Source: Chthoniobacterales bacterium (GTDB taxonomy: Bacteria > Verrucomicrobiota > Verrucomicrobiia > Chthoniobacterales > JACTMZ01). From it: DNA of 64,000 nucleotides. Below are positions 8,528-17,418 of this stretch, one piece after another. Below the pieces are notes generated by a model. The model was given only the letters and a program-made list of their open reading frames with translations, ran no database searches and had not been told where the DNA came from. The first letter of the stretch is position 1; each line of letters opens with the position of its first letter. A program made the translations under genes and the position numbers. The stretch spans positions 94,701-158,700 of the forward strand of contig VEQL01000001.1 in assembly GCA_018883245.1 (NCBI GenBank), given 5' to 3'.

Positions 8528-9286
8528 GTGGCAAAGAATCGCGCCTACCCGATCCTGCTCGTCGACGCGGGCAACTCCGCGGTGAAGTTCGCGGTGAAAT
8601 CGCAGGGGAACCTCCGTCCGCGAATCCTTGCCACCCTGCCGACAGCCTCGCTCACCGCCGCGCAAGTGAAAGCCTTGTGCAAAAAAATCCGGCCGGAACG
8701 AACCGCAGCGGCCTGCGTCGTTCCGGGTGTCGCGCGCATCCTGCGCACGGCGTGTCCTGGGATTCTTTTGATCGGTCCCCGCACGCCGCTGGAGTTCAAA
8801 ACGCTCGTCGATCGTCGGACGATCGGCGCCGACCGCTTGGCGAACATGGCCGAGGCGTTCCGCTGCCACCGCCGCGGCCTCATCGTCGCGTCATTCGGCA
8901 CCGCCGCGACATTCGACGTCCTCGATCAAGGCGGATGCCACACCGGCGGCGCCATCGCGCCGGGATGGGGCACGTTGTCCGACGCGCTCGAGTCGCGCGC
9001 CGCGCTACTGCCGTCCGCGCAGGATGTGCGGCCGCGGCGCTGGACCGGACGCAACACGAACGAGGCGCTTCGTGCGGGTATGGCGGGAGGATACGCCGCG
9101 CTGGTTTCTCGTATGCTGGAAAAACTCTGCGCCGAAAACTTCGGTCAACGGCGGCCCAAGATCATCTTCACCGGCGGAGATGCGCGGATCGTGAAGCGCC
9201 TCACCGGACTGAGCGCGAATGTCGATACGCTGTGGACACTGCGCGGCATTGCCGCGCTGGCAGACCAGATGGAAACAGAGGGTTAA
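8528..9286 (+). CDS. coaX: Type III pantothenate kinase
   Basis: GTG start. LLVDAGNSAVKFAV...GADRLAN...VASFGTAATFDV...GGAIAPG...IIFTGGDA are CoaX/acetate-sugar-kinase fold motifs. Confidence 0.85.
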   Translation: MAKNRAYPILLVDAGNSAVKFAVKSQGNLRPRILATLPTASLTAAQVKALCKKIRPERTAAACVVPGVARILRTACPGILLIGPRTPLEFKTLVDRRTIGADRLANMAEAFRCHRRGLIVASFGTAATFDVLDQGGCHTGGAIAPGWGTLSDALESRAALLPSAQDVRPRRWTGRNTNEALRAGMAGGYAALVSRMLEKLCAENFGQRRPKIIFTGGDARIVKRLTGLSANVDTLWTLRGIAALADQMETEG

Positions 9287-9289
9287 TAA

Positions 9290-10516
9290 ATGGCTAACGC
9301 GATGGTCATCGGCATGGGCGGCGTGGGTTCGGTCATCGCCCAGAAACTGCACGGCTATGATTCCATCGACACCATCGTCTGCGCCGACCGCGACCCGGTG
9401 TTCGCCGAGCAGCTGGCCAAGCGCATTCCCCGCAACCGTTTTGTCGTCGTGCGCGCGGACGCAACGGACACCAAAAGCACCGCGGCTCTGATGCGGCAGC
9501 ACAAAGTCGCAGTCACCTGCAACGCGGCCAACTGCGCGACCAACCATGCCGTGCTCACCGCGTGCGCGGATGCCGGGTCGCATTACATCGACATGGCGGC
9601 AGACATTTATGCGCCGCCGGGAGCGCGCCGCTCGTCGAAAAACTCCTTCGACACCGAGATCGAAAACTTCGACGCGATTTTCCGCGCGGGAAATCTTGCC
9701 GGCATCCTGTGCATGGGTATGGATCCCGGCGCGGTGAACGTCTTCGCCCGCTGGGCCGTCGATCGCCTCGACACGGCCACGAGTATCCGCGTCCTCGATG
9801 CGGACAACGCGGAAGTCAAAGGATACCGCTTTGCCGTGCTGTTCTCGCCGGAAACTTTTTTCGAGGAACTCGGAGCCACCCCGTATTTCGTCAAAAACGG
9901 GAAAGTCACGGCCGGCAAACCGCTGGAGTCGGAGTTCGAGTGGATACGTTTCCCCGAGCCGATCGGCCTTCAACCGACCTATGCCGTGGCGCACGAGGAA
10001 GGCGTGAGTCTCGGGCTGCATCCGCCTTTCGTGCGCAAAGGCGTGCGCTACTCGGTCTTCAAATACAGCGTGAGCGACAAGGTGAAAAACCTCTCGCGGT
10101 CTCTCGGTCTCCTCGATCTCGACACGTGGAAAAAAGTGAAGGTGGACGGCTCGGAAGTTTCCCCCGTGCGCGTGGCAACCCACGCCCTGCCCAAGCCCGC
10201 GCAGCTCGGTTCGACGGTGGACGGCTACTCTTGCGTCGGCACCGAAGTGCGCGGCTCGATCAACCGGCGGCACGTGGAATACTTCATCTACACGATGGAC
10301 AACCACCACGACTGTTACGCCAAGCACGGCTACTCGCTCACGCTCGTGCAGACGGGGATACCCGCGGCGCTGACCGCGCGACTGCTCGTCGAGGGCAAGA
10401 TCAAAGAACGCGGGGTGATGATGCCCGAGGCCCTGCATCCCGACGAACTGATGTCGCACTTCAGCCACGAAGGCCTTCCGGTCTTTGTCGAAAAGCGCGA
10501 AACCGAGCGCCTATGA
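9290..10516 (+). CDS. Saccharopine dehydrogenase family NAD(P)-binding protein
   Basis: 408 aa. N-terminal Rossmann MVIGMGGVGSVIAQKL. YIDMAAD...GMDPGAVNVFARWA is typical of the saccharopine/carboxynorspermidine dehydrogenase family. Confidence 0.75.
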   Translation: MANAMVIGMGGVGSVIAQKLHGYDSIDTIVCADRDPVFAEQLAKRIPRNRFVVVRADATDTKSTAALMRQHKVAVTCNAANCATNHAVLTACADAGSHYIDMAADIYAPPGARRSSKNSFDTEIENFDAIFRAGNLAGILCMGMDPGAVNVFARWAVDRLDTATSIRVLDADNAEVKGYRFAVLFSPETFFEELGATPYFVKNGKVTAGKPLESEFEWIRFPEPIGLQPTYAVAHEEGVSLGLHPPFVRKGVRYSVFKYSVSDKVKNLSRSLGLLDLDTWKKVKVDGSEVSPVRVATHALPKPAQLGSTVDGYSCVGTEVRGSINRRHVEYFIYTMDNHHDCYAKHGYSLTLVQTGIPAALTARLLVEGKIKERGVMMPEALHPDELMSHFSHEGLPVFVEKRETERL

Positions 10517-11955
10517 AACCGGCGCCGTTCCTGCTCGGCGACAGCGAGGTGGCGACGGGGGAAATCCTCGAGGTCGCCAACCCTTACGACGGATCTGTCG
10601 CAGCCCGTGTCTGCATGGCCGGTCCGCGCGAGATCGAAGAGGCGCTGGCGCTCGCGCACAAAACCTTTTTCACGACGCGCCATGTTGGCGCCGAAGAGCG
10701 CGCGGCTTTGCTGCTAAAAATCTCCCGGTGCATCGCTCGCTGCGCCGACGAATTCGCGGAGATCATCGTTTCCGAGGCGGGTAAGCCCGTGAGCTTGGCC
10801 CGGGCCGAGGTGCAACGCGCCGTGACGACTTTCGCCGCGGCTGCGGATGCCGCGAGGGAGCCGTGCACATTCGATATTCACATGGAAGCCACGGCGGCAG
10901 GCGCAGGGCACCATGGAACGGCGCGGCGCTTTCCGCTCGGCGTGGTCCTCGGCATCACGCCATTCAATTTCCCCCTCAACCTCGTGGCGCACAAAATCGC
11001 CCCGTGCATCGCCGCGGGCAACACCATGCTCCTGAAGCCGTCGCCCCGCGCACCTTCGGCCGCATTGCGTTTGGCCGGAGTTTTGCGGGAGTGCGGCGTG
11101 CCGCCGGGCCAGATCAACGTCCTTCCCTTCGACCACGGCCGCGTCGCCGGGCTTCTCGGTGATGCGAGGATCAAAATGCTCAGCTTCACCGGAAGCGCGG
11201 ATGTCGGCTGGCAGCTCAAAGCAAAAGCGGTGAAAAAGCGCGTGACGCTCGAACTGGGCGGAAACGCGGCGTGCATCGTCGAACCGGACCCGGATTGGAA
11301 ATCCCACGTGGAAAAAATTGCCGCCGGCGCCTTCGCTTACGCGGGTCAGTCGTGCATCAGCGTGCAAAGGATCTTCGTGCACGAGCGCATCTACGACGGT
11401 TTCAAACACGAATTGCTCGCGCGGCTTCCGGAGTCGGCGCCGGCCGGCGATCCTCGCGATCCTCACACGGTCGTCGGACCCATGATCACCGGCGGGGCGC
11501 TGGAACTGGCGCTGGAACGCATCGCGGATGCCCAAGCGCACGGCGCGCGGATGCTCACCCCGCTCCGCGTGGAAGGCCAAGTGCTCCATCCGGTCGTCCT
11601 CGAAAACGTCCCGACAGACTCCGCGATCTGGTGCGAAGAGGCTTTTGCACCGGTCGCCGCGCTGCGCGCCTACGGCGACTTTGCGGAAGCGCTTTCGGCG
11701 ACGAACGAATCGCGCTTCGGCCTGCAAGCGGGCGTCTTCACCAAGGATGAAGCGAAAATCGCGCGGGCTTACGACGAGTTGGAAGCCGGTGCGGTCCTGG
11801 TCAACCAAGTGCCGACTTTCCGCACGGAAAACATGCCCTACGGCGGGGTGAAAGACAGCGGGTGCGGGCTCGAAGGCGTGCGCTACGCGATGGAGGAAAT
11901 GACCGCACTCAAATCGCTCGTGGTCAACGAGGGCGGAAAGAGACGGACATGCTGA
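10513..11955 (+). CDS. Aldehyde dehydrogenase family protein
   Basis: Real start MKPAPFLLGD lies inside ORF 9562..11955, with ATGA overlap to the upstream stop at 10513-10516. Motifs: PFNFPLNLVAHKIAPCIAAGN, ELGGNAACIV, catalytic AGQSCISVQRIFV, EEAFAPV. Confidence 0.85.
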   Translation: MKPAPFLLGDSEVATGEILEVANPYDGSVAARVCMAGPREIEEALALAHKTFFTTRHVGAEERAALLLKISRCIARCADEFAEIIVSEAGKPVSLARAEVQRAVTTFAAAADAAREPCTFDIHMEATAAGAGHHGTARRFPLGVVLGITPFNFPLNLVAHKIAPCIAAGNTMLLKPSPRAPSAALRLAGVLRECGVPPGQINVLPFDHGRVAGLLGDARIKMLSFTGSADVGWQLKAKAVKKRVTLELGGNAACIVEPDPDWKSHVEKIAAGAFAYAGQSCISVQRIFVHERIYDGFKHELLARLPESAPAGDPRDPHTVVGPMITGGALELALERIADAQAHGARMLTPLRVEGQVLHPVVLENVPTDSAIWCEEAFAPVAALRAYGDFAEALSATNESRFGLQAGVFTKDEAKIARAYDELEAGAVLVNQVPTFRTENMPYGGVKDSGCGLEGVRYAMEEMTALKSLVVNEGGKRRTC

Positions 11956-12404
11956 ACGTCGTTCTGGTCGAGCCGGAAATCCCGCAAAACACGGGCAACA
12001 TCGCGCGCACATGCCTCGCCGCGGGCTCGCGTTTGCATCTGGTCGGACCACTGGGATTCCGCATCGACGAGCCCGCCCTGCGCCGGGCGGGGATGGACTA
12101 CTGGGAAAAATGCGACATCGTGCAGTGGTCTTCGCTCGATGAGTTGCGCTCCGCCGCACCGGACGGTCGTTTTCATTTTCTTACGACCAAAACCGGGCAT
12201 CCGTATTGGGACGCGCAGTTCCGGGACGGCGATTATCTGGTCTTCGGACGAGAGACGCGCGGTCTGCCGGAAAGCCTGCTCGCCGCCGAGCAAGGGCATC
12301 TGCTGACCATCCCCATGCAGGCGGAGGCGCGCAGCTTGAATTTGGCGGCGGCGGCGGGCATTGTCCTTTACGAGGCATGCAGGCAAATCCGGGCAGGTAA
12401 ATGA
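11949..12404 (+). CDS. trmL: tRNA (cytidine/uridine-2'-O-)-methyltransferase TrmL (SpoU family)
   Basis: MLNVVLVEPEIPQNTGNIARTC...LRRAGMDYW...YLVFGRETRGLP...SLNLAAAAGIVLYEA matches E. coli TrmL/YibK closely. Overlaps the ALDH stop by 7 nt. Confidence 0.85.
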   Translation: MLNVVLVEPEIPQNTGNIARTCLAAGSRLHLVGPLGFRIDEPALRRAGMDYWEKCDIVQWSSLDELRSAAPDGRFHFLTTKTGHPYWDAQFRDGDYLVFGRETRGLPESLLAAEQGHLLTIPMQAEARSLNLAAAAGIVLYEACRQIRAGK

Positions 12405-12410
12405 TGTTCC

Positions 12411-12962
12411 ATGGAAGGTGAGCAAAAACCAGCGGGCTACGCAGCGCCCGGATTGCCGCGAAAAAAACGCGTCCTTTTCATCTGCAGCGGAAACTATTAC
12501 CGCAGCCGTTTGGCGGAAATTCTGTTCAATGCCGAAGCCTCGGCAGCGGGCTTGGCTTGGGAGGCCGAGTCGCGCGGACTTTTGCAGACCGGAGAATTGA
12601 AAGGCATCTCCGAGCATGTGGTGTCTTATCTCAGGGGCCGCGGCATGGAGTCCGCGGCCGGCGAACCCCGCGATCCCCTCGCTCTGGATGTCGAGGACCT
12701 CACCGAGGCGGATCTCGTCGTGGCACTCTGCCGCGCCGAGCACCAACCCATGATCGAGCAAAAATTCCTGGCTCTGGCCAAAGCCCTGCACAAGGCCGGC
12801 CGGATCCGCTATTGGAATGTTTATGATGTGCCCGGACGCCCGCGGATCCTGGTCCGCATGTTGGGCGGGGGTCACCGCGGCCCAAGCCAGCCTCCGGACA
12901 GCGGAACCGATCATATCGCATTGTCAGTCAGAGATTTGGCAAAAGAATTAGGCGCGATTTAG
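12411..12962 (+). CDS. Low-molecular-weight protein-tyrosine phosphatase / arsenate-reductase-like
   Basis: P-loop VLFICSGNYYRSRLAE (CX5R-S), with a later Asp-containing region. Carries a C-terminal extension of unknown function. Confidence 0.7.
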   Translation: MEGEQKPAGYAAPGLPRKKRVLFICSGNYYRSRLAEILFNAEASAAGLAWEAESRGLLQTGELKGISEHVVSYLRGRGMESAAGEPRDPLALDVEDLTEADLVVALCRAEHQPMIEQKFLALAKALHKAGRIRYWNVYDVPGRPRILVRMLGGGHRGPSQPPDSGTDHIALSVRDLAKELGAI

Positions 12963-12963
12963 G

Positions 12964-12992
12964 CCGATTTTTGTGCAAATCGGTCAATTTTT
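12964..12992 (+). terminator. Candidate intrinsic terminator after the LMW-PTP gene
   Basis: ccgattt (12964-12970) pairs with aaatcgg (12977-12983), loop ttgtgc, followed by tcaattttt. The stem is short and AT-rich, so this is weak. Confidence 0.3.
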
Positions 12993-13031
12993 GCTGGCCC
13001 CAAACCCACGGTCGGCGTATATTCGCTCACT

Positions 13032-13331
13032 ATGCCAATACAGAGAAAGAGTGCGTTTTCACGCCGATTGCCTGATTTGGTGACCGAAGAGCTGGTCAGC
13101 GTCCTCTCGAAGAAAACATCTTTCGAGTTCAAACAGCTCTTCGATCTTGTGCACGAGAAGCTGCGCAAACGCGGCGCCGCCAGCGGGGGCGAGGAAATGC
13201 TCCGGCTTCGCGCCTACGAAAAACTGCAGAATCTTGTCTCCCGCGGCATGGTCAAGAAGACCGGCAAAAAATACCGCGGGCTCGCTTCGCTGGCCAACGC
13301 ACTGGATACGGCAGACGCGCCGGCACGCTGA
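13032..13331 (+). CDS. Small basic hypothetical protein (possible winged-helix)
   Basis: 99 aa located 7 nt upstream of nuoA. Locally lower GC. EMLRLRAYEKLQNLVSRGMVKKTGKKYRGL resembles the C-terminal strand pair of winged-helix/HARE-HTH-like domains. No family recognised. Confidence 0.4.
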   Translation: MPIQRKSAFSRRLPDLVTEELVSVLSKKTSFEFKQLFDLVHEKLRKRGAASGGEEMLRLRAYEKLQNLVSRGMVKKTGKKYRGLASLANALDTADAPAR

Positions 13332-13337
13332 CGCGCA

Positions 13338-13721
13338 TTGCCGATGCTCACCGAGCAATACCTGCCGCTCGCGCTGCATCTGATCACGGCTATCGGGCTG
13401 GCCGTCGCCATTTTCATTTCGAGCATGGTGGCCGGGCGCGCCGGGCGCCGCAGCGCAGCGAAGGACATGGCTTACGAATGCGGCATTCCCGTGCGTGATG
13501 CCGCCGCCCCGAGGTTCAGCGTGAAGTTCTACCTCGTGGCCATGCTGTTCATACTTTTCGATATCGAGATCGTCTTCATGTATCCTTGGGCCGTTGTTTA
13601 CCGCGAGTTTCTCGCACAGCACGGCGCCGTCATTTTCTGGAGCATGGCAGGCTTTGTCGCCGTGCTGACAGCAGGCTACATTTACGCCATCAAAAAAGGC
13701 GCGCTGGACTGGCGCAATTAA
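13338..13721 (+). CDS. nuoA: NADH-quinone oxidoreductase subunit A
   Basis: YECGIPV...FSVKFYLVAMLFILFDIEIVFMYPWAV is the NuoA/ND3 signature. Three TM segments. Confidence 0.85.
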   Translation: MPMLTEQYLPLALHLITAIGLAVAIFISSMVAGRAGRRSAAKDMAYECGIPVRDAAAPRFSVKFYLVAMLFILFDIEIVFMYPWAVVYREFLAQHGAVIFWSMAGFVAVLTAGYIYAIKKGALDWRN

Positions 13722-15088
13722 TCAGCGCCGAGCAACCCGCCGATCCGAGCGGCAAGGAAGTCCGACTCCTCCGGTGCGATACCGAAGGGCGGCGTAAACG
13801 AGAGCACGTTGCCTTGGCGCCCGCCGGCGAGGAGGATCAGCCCCGCTTGCAGACCCCCCATCACGCAATCCGCAGCCGCCTTGGCATCCGGCGCGCCTGA
13901 TGAATCCACAAGTTCCATGCCGAAGAGCAGGCCTGCTCCCCTCACCTGTCCAATGCGCGGCGAGGGTATGGCCTCGAGACCGGTGCGCAGATGCTTGGCA
14001 GCCGTCCGCACGCGCTCGGCAGTCTCCGGCTTGGCATGCTCGTTCAGCGAGGCCAAAGCCATCGCACAACCAAGCGGGTTGCCCAGAAAAGTGCTCGTAT
14101 GCAGCGCCTCTCCGGTGGAATCGGGCCAAGCGTCCATCACATCGGCGCGACCAACGCAGGCGGAGAGCGGAAATCCGGAAGTGAGTGCTTTGCCCACGCA
14201 AACAAGGTCGGGCACGACACCGGAGTGGTCGCAGGCGAACAGCCGGCCCGTGCGGTTGAGCCCGGTATAGATCTCGTCCGCGACAAGGAGAATTTTTTCC
14301 TCGTCGCAGATGCGGCGCAGCAGTCGCAAAAAATCGCGGGGGGGCACAATCTCGCCGGCGCGGCCTTGGATCGGCTCGACAAGGATGGCGCCGATTTCAC
14401 GCTTCCGCAGCTCGCTGCAAATCCTCCGGCGCAGTTCCTCCAGGCATCCCGTGCTGCAGTTGGGAAATTCACCGCCCGCGAGGGCGAATGCCCCGCCGTG
14501 GCCGAGCGGGCAGCGGTAGCAATACGGGTAAGGCAAAGCCACGGCAAAACGACCGAGCTGTGCGCGGAAAGGATCTCGGAAAAACCCCAGCGCCGAAGCT
14601 TCGAGCGCACCGTAGCCCAGACCGTGGTAGGCGCCCTCGAAAACGAGAACCCCGGGCTTCCCGCTGTGCATCAGTGCAGTCTTCAGCGCCGCTTCGATCG
14701 CGTCAGACCCCGTGTTGCCGAGGATCACTTTCGCCGGCCCCGCACCCCAGCGTCCGAAGGTTATTTCCGCAAGTTTCTCGCAAAGCTCAACCTTCGCTTC
14801 GGCCGGATGCACATCCCCCATCGCATGGATCAGACGCTGCGATTGCGCGGCCACCGCCTCGCGTGCCGCTTCGAACGAGTGACCAAGGCCCGCCACACCG
14901 AAACCGGAAGTGAAGTCGAGGAAACGGTTGCCGTCCGCATCCCACACGTTGACGCCCGCAGCACGTTCCCAGAAGACGGGCCAACGCTCGTTCACCATGG
15001 TGATGTTGCGGGACTCGACACGGCGCAGGCGCAGCCCCAATTCGCGCGAGCGCGGGCCAGGGATCTCGGTGCGCAACTCCGGCAGCAT
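13718..15088 (-). CDS. Class-III (acetylornithine/GABA-type) PLP aminotransferase
   Basis: 456 aa. GNTGSDAIEAALK, LVADEIYTGLNRTG, GKALTSGFPLSA (PLP lysine context), TSTFLGNPL. Stop overlaps the nuoA stop convergently. Confidence 0.85.
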   Translation of the reverse strand: MLPELRTEIPGPRSRELGLRLRRVESRNITMVNERWPVFWERAAGVNVWDADGNRFLDFTSGFGVAGLGHSFEAAREAVAAQSQRLIHAMGDVHPAEAKVELCEKLAEITFGRWGAGPAKVILGNTGSDAIEAALKTALMHSGKPGVLVFEGAYHGLGYGALEASALGFFRDPFRAQLGRFAVALPYPYCYRCPLGHGGAFALAGGEFPNCSTGCLEELRRRICSELRKREIGAILVEPIQGRAGEIVPPRDFLRLLRRICDEEKILLVADEIYTGLNRTGRLFACDHSGVVPDLVCVGKALTSGFPLSACVGRADVMDAWPDSTGEALHTSTFLGNPLGCAMALASLNEHAKPETAERVRTAAKHLRTGLEAIPSPRIGQVRGAGLLFGMELVDSSGAPDAKAAADCVMGGLQAGLILLAGGRQGNVLSFTPPFGIAPEESDFLAARIGGLLGAD

Positions 15089-15194
15089 TTATTCACCTCT
15101 AACAGCGCCGCACGTCCCTGTCATCCGCACTTCCAAGGGGCCAAATCAATCTTGCCTCGCGTCGGCACGTTGCTAACGTGGCGGGTCAAGGCGC

Positions 15195-15662
15195 ATGACC
15201 CTGTCAAGTTTGCTCACGATCGGGCAGATAATTCCCGAAATGAAGGCCACGGAGAGGTGGCCGGCGATCACAGAAATCGTGGATCTTCTCGTTTCGCGCG
15301 GACGAATACAGTCCGAATATCGCGACAATATCCTTGCAGCCCTCAAGCAGCGCGAGGAGACGATGAGCACAGGCATCGGGTTCGGCATCGCCATCCCGCA
15401 CGCGTCGTCGGAACACGTCACGGAAGTCGTGGCCGGATTCGGCCGCTCGGACAAAGGCATCGAATTCGACTCCCTGGACAACGAACTCGTGCATTTCATC
15501 GTGCTTTTCATCGTCCCGCGCGACCAGTTCCAGGTGCATCTCCGCACCCTGGCCGCCATCGCAAAATTCCTCAACGACCGCAAAGTGCGCGAGGAGCTTG
15601 CCGCCGCGCCCGATGCGGCAGCCATCCTGCAGGTTTTCACCAACCGCGGCGGCAACCGCTGA
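15195..15662 (+). CDS. ptsN: PTS EIIA(Ntr)-type regulatory protein
   Basis: REETMSTGIGFGIAIPHAS (phosphorylatable His context) and LVHFIVLFIVPRDQFQVHLRTLAAIAKFL parallel E. coli PtsN. Confidence 0.8.
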   Translation: MTLSSLLTIGQIIPEMKATERWPAITEIVDLLVSRGRIQSEYRDNILAALKQREETMSTGIGFGIAIPHASSEHVTEVVAGFGRSDKGIEFDSLDNELVHFIVLFIVPRDQFQVHLRTLAAIAKFLNDRKVREELAAAPDAAAILQVFTNRGGNR

Positions 15663-17374
15663 TGAACAGCACGCCGCAGGCCGTGCTGACCAGACGGCTG
15701 CACGAAGCCATGGTGGCGGCAGGATTGCCACCCGAGCGCGGTGAAGTCGTGGCCGCGGCCGACACGCGCTTCGGCGATTACCAGACCAATGCCGCCATGA
15801 TTCTGGCCAAGGCGGCCAAGACCAACCCCCGCGAACTGGCATCGAAAATCGCCGACTACTTCGAGGCGGACGACATTTGCGAGCGTCCGGAAATCGCCGG
15901 CCCGGGCTTCCTGAATTTCCGGCTGCAACCCGGATGGATCAGCCGCAAGCTGCAGGATCTCGCCGGCGATCCGCGCTGCGGCGTCCCGGCCACCGCGGAC
16001 CCGCGGCGCATCGTCATCGACTTCAGCTCGCCCAACGTCGCCAAGCCGATGCACGTGGGCCACATCCGCAGCACCATCCTCGGCGACGCGCTCGCGCGAA
16101 TCGCCCGTTTCGCCGGGCACGAAGTTGTCACCGACAACCATCTCGGCGACTGGGGCACGCAGTTCGGAAAGGTGCTCTACGGATGGAAACATCTTCTCGA
16201 CCGCGAGGCGCTCGGGCGCGACCCCGTCGCGGAAATGACGCGACTTTACCGCGAGGTCAACGCCCTCGAACAGACCGATCCCGCGGTGCACAGGCAAGCC
16301 CGCGAGGAACTGGTCAAGCTGCAGCAGGGGGACGAGGAGAACCGAGCCATATGGAAACAGCTCGTCGAAATGTCCTGGGCCGAGTTCCAGGACATTTACG
16401 ACAGGCTCGGCATCAAATTCGACGAGCGCCTGGGCGAAAGTTTCTACGATCCCGCGCTTGGCCCGATGGTGGACAAGCTCCTCTCCGCCGGAATCGCGCA
16501 GATCAGCGAGGGCGCGGCCTGCATTTTCTTTGCCGACATTCCCGCCTTGGCCGACAAGCCCTGCCTCGTCCGGAAAAGCGACGGTGGCTTCCTCTACGCC
16601 ACGACGGATCTGGCCACGATCGAATACCGTCTCGAACGCTGGGATCCGCACGCCATCTGGTATGTGACCGGGGCGCCGCAGCAACTCCATTTCCAGCAGG
16701 TCTTCGCTGCCGCGCGGCGCATGGGAATAGCGGTTGATCTCGAACACATCGCCTTCGGAAGCATTTTGGGCGACGACCACAAACTCATGAAAACGCGCTC
16801 GGGCGACAATGTCCCGCTGCGCGACCTTGTGGACGAGGCGGAAGCGCGCGCCCGGGCGCTGATCGAGGAAAAAAATCCGGATTTGCCCGCGGAGGAGAAA
16901 GCACGCACCGCCCGCATCGTCGGACTCGGCGCTGTCAAATACGCGGAACTCTCCCAGCACCGCATGACCGATTATGTTTTTTCCTGGGAAAAGATGCTGT
17001 CGCTGCAGGGCAACACGGCCCCGTATCTGCAGAATGCCTACGTGCGAGTGCGCTCGATTTTCCGCAAGCTCGGCTCCGAACTCGGCGACACGACAAATGT
17101 GCGCCTCACCGAACCTTCGGAACTCGCGCTTGCGAAAAAACTCCTGCAGTTCGGCGAGACCGTCCCGCTGGTCCTCAACGAGTTCCGTCCCAACCTTCTC
17201 GCCAACCATCTTTTCGAGACAGCCAACGCGTTCCATGCGTTCTACGAGGCTTGCCCTGTGCTGAAGTCCGAGGGCGACACGCAGCACTCGCGGCTCGTGC
17301 TGTGCGACGCCACCGCTCGCGTGCTCAGGCAGGGACTGGACCTTCTAGGCGTCGAAGTCCCGGAGCGGATGTGA
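15662..17374 (+). CDS. argS: Arginine--tRNA ligase
   Basis: True start MNSTPQAVLTRRL lies inside the 1127-aa ORF 13991..17374 (in frame; shares one base with the ptsN TGA). Motifs: SSPNVAKPMHVGHIRSTILGD (HIGH-type), DNHLGDWGTQFG, MKTRSG (KMSK-type), anticodon-binding tail ...GVEVPERM. Confidence 0.95.
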   Translation: MNSTPQAVLTRRLHEAMVAAGLPPERGEVVAAADTRFGDYQTNAAMILAKAAKTNPRELASKIADYFEADDICERPEIAGPGFLNFRLQPGWISRKLQDLAGDPRCGVPATADPRRIVIDFSSPNVAKPMHVGHIRSTILGDALARIARFAGHEVVTDNHLGDWGTQFGKVLYGWKHLLDREALGRDPVAEMTRLYREVNALEQTDPAVHRQAREELVKLQQGDEENRAIWKQLVEMSWAEFQDIYDRLGIKFDERLGESFYDPALGPMVDKLLSAGIAQISEGAACIFFADIPALADKPCLVRKSDGGFLYATTDLATIEYRLERWDPHAIWYVTGAPQQLHFQQVFAAARRMGIAVDLEHIAFGSILGDDHKLMKTRSGDNVPLRDLVDEAEARARALIEEKNPDLPAEEKARTARIVGLGAVKYAELSQHRMTDYVFSWEKMLSLQGNTAPYLQNAYVRVRSIFRKLGSELGDTTNVRLTEPSELALAKKLLQFGETVPLVLNEFRPNLLANHLFETANAFHAFYEACPVLKSEGDTQHSRLVLCDATARVLRQGLDLLGVEVPERM

Positions 17375-17418
17375 CGAGCGCGAGATCCGGCCCCGCGCAG
17401 CATTGGGACCAAAGGTGC

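Noticed and set aside
12991-13023. TTGCTG ... TATATT, a possible sigma-70-like promoter upstream of the 99-aa ORF/nuoA
   Set aside because: By my count the spacer is about 21 nt, too long for a canonical -35/-10 pair. Promoter consensus for this lineage is also unknown to me.
15164-15173. GGCACGTTGC upstream of ptsN, reminiscent of a sigma-54 -24/-12 promoter (TGGCAC-N5-TTGC)
   Set aside because: The GG and GC elements are contiguous rather than separated by the required spacer, so it cannot be a functional -24/-12 promoter.
13991-15661. N-terminal 557 codons of the 1127-aa ORF 13991..17374
   Set aside because: This part is low-complexity, Arg/Pro/Gly-rich and antisense to a well-supported aminotransferase. 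It also runs through ptsN in another frame. The recognisable ArgS sequence begins at Met 15662.
15173-17287. 704-aa minus-strand ORF
   Set aside because: Antisense shadow of argS/ptsN. It has no recognisable motifs and the Arg/Gly/Ala-biased composition typical of GC-rich antisense frames.
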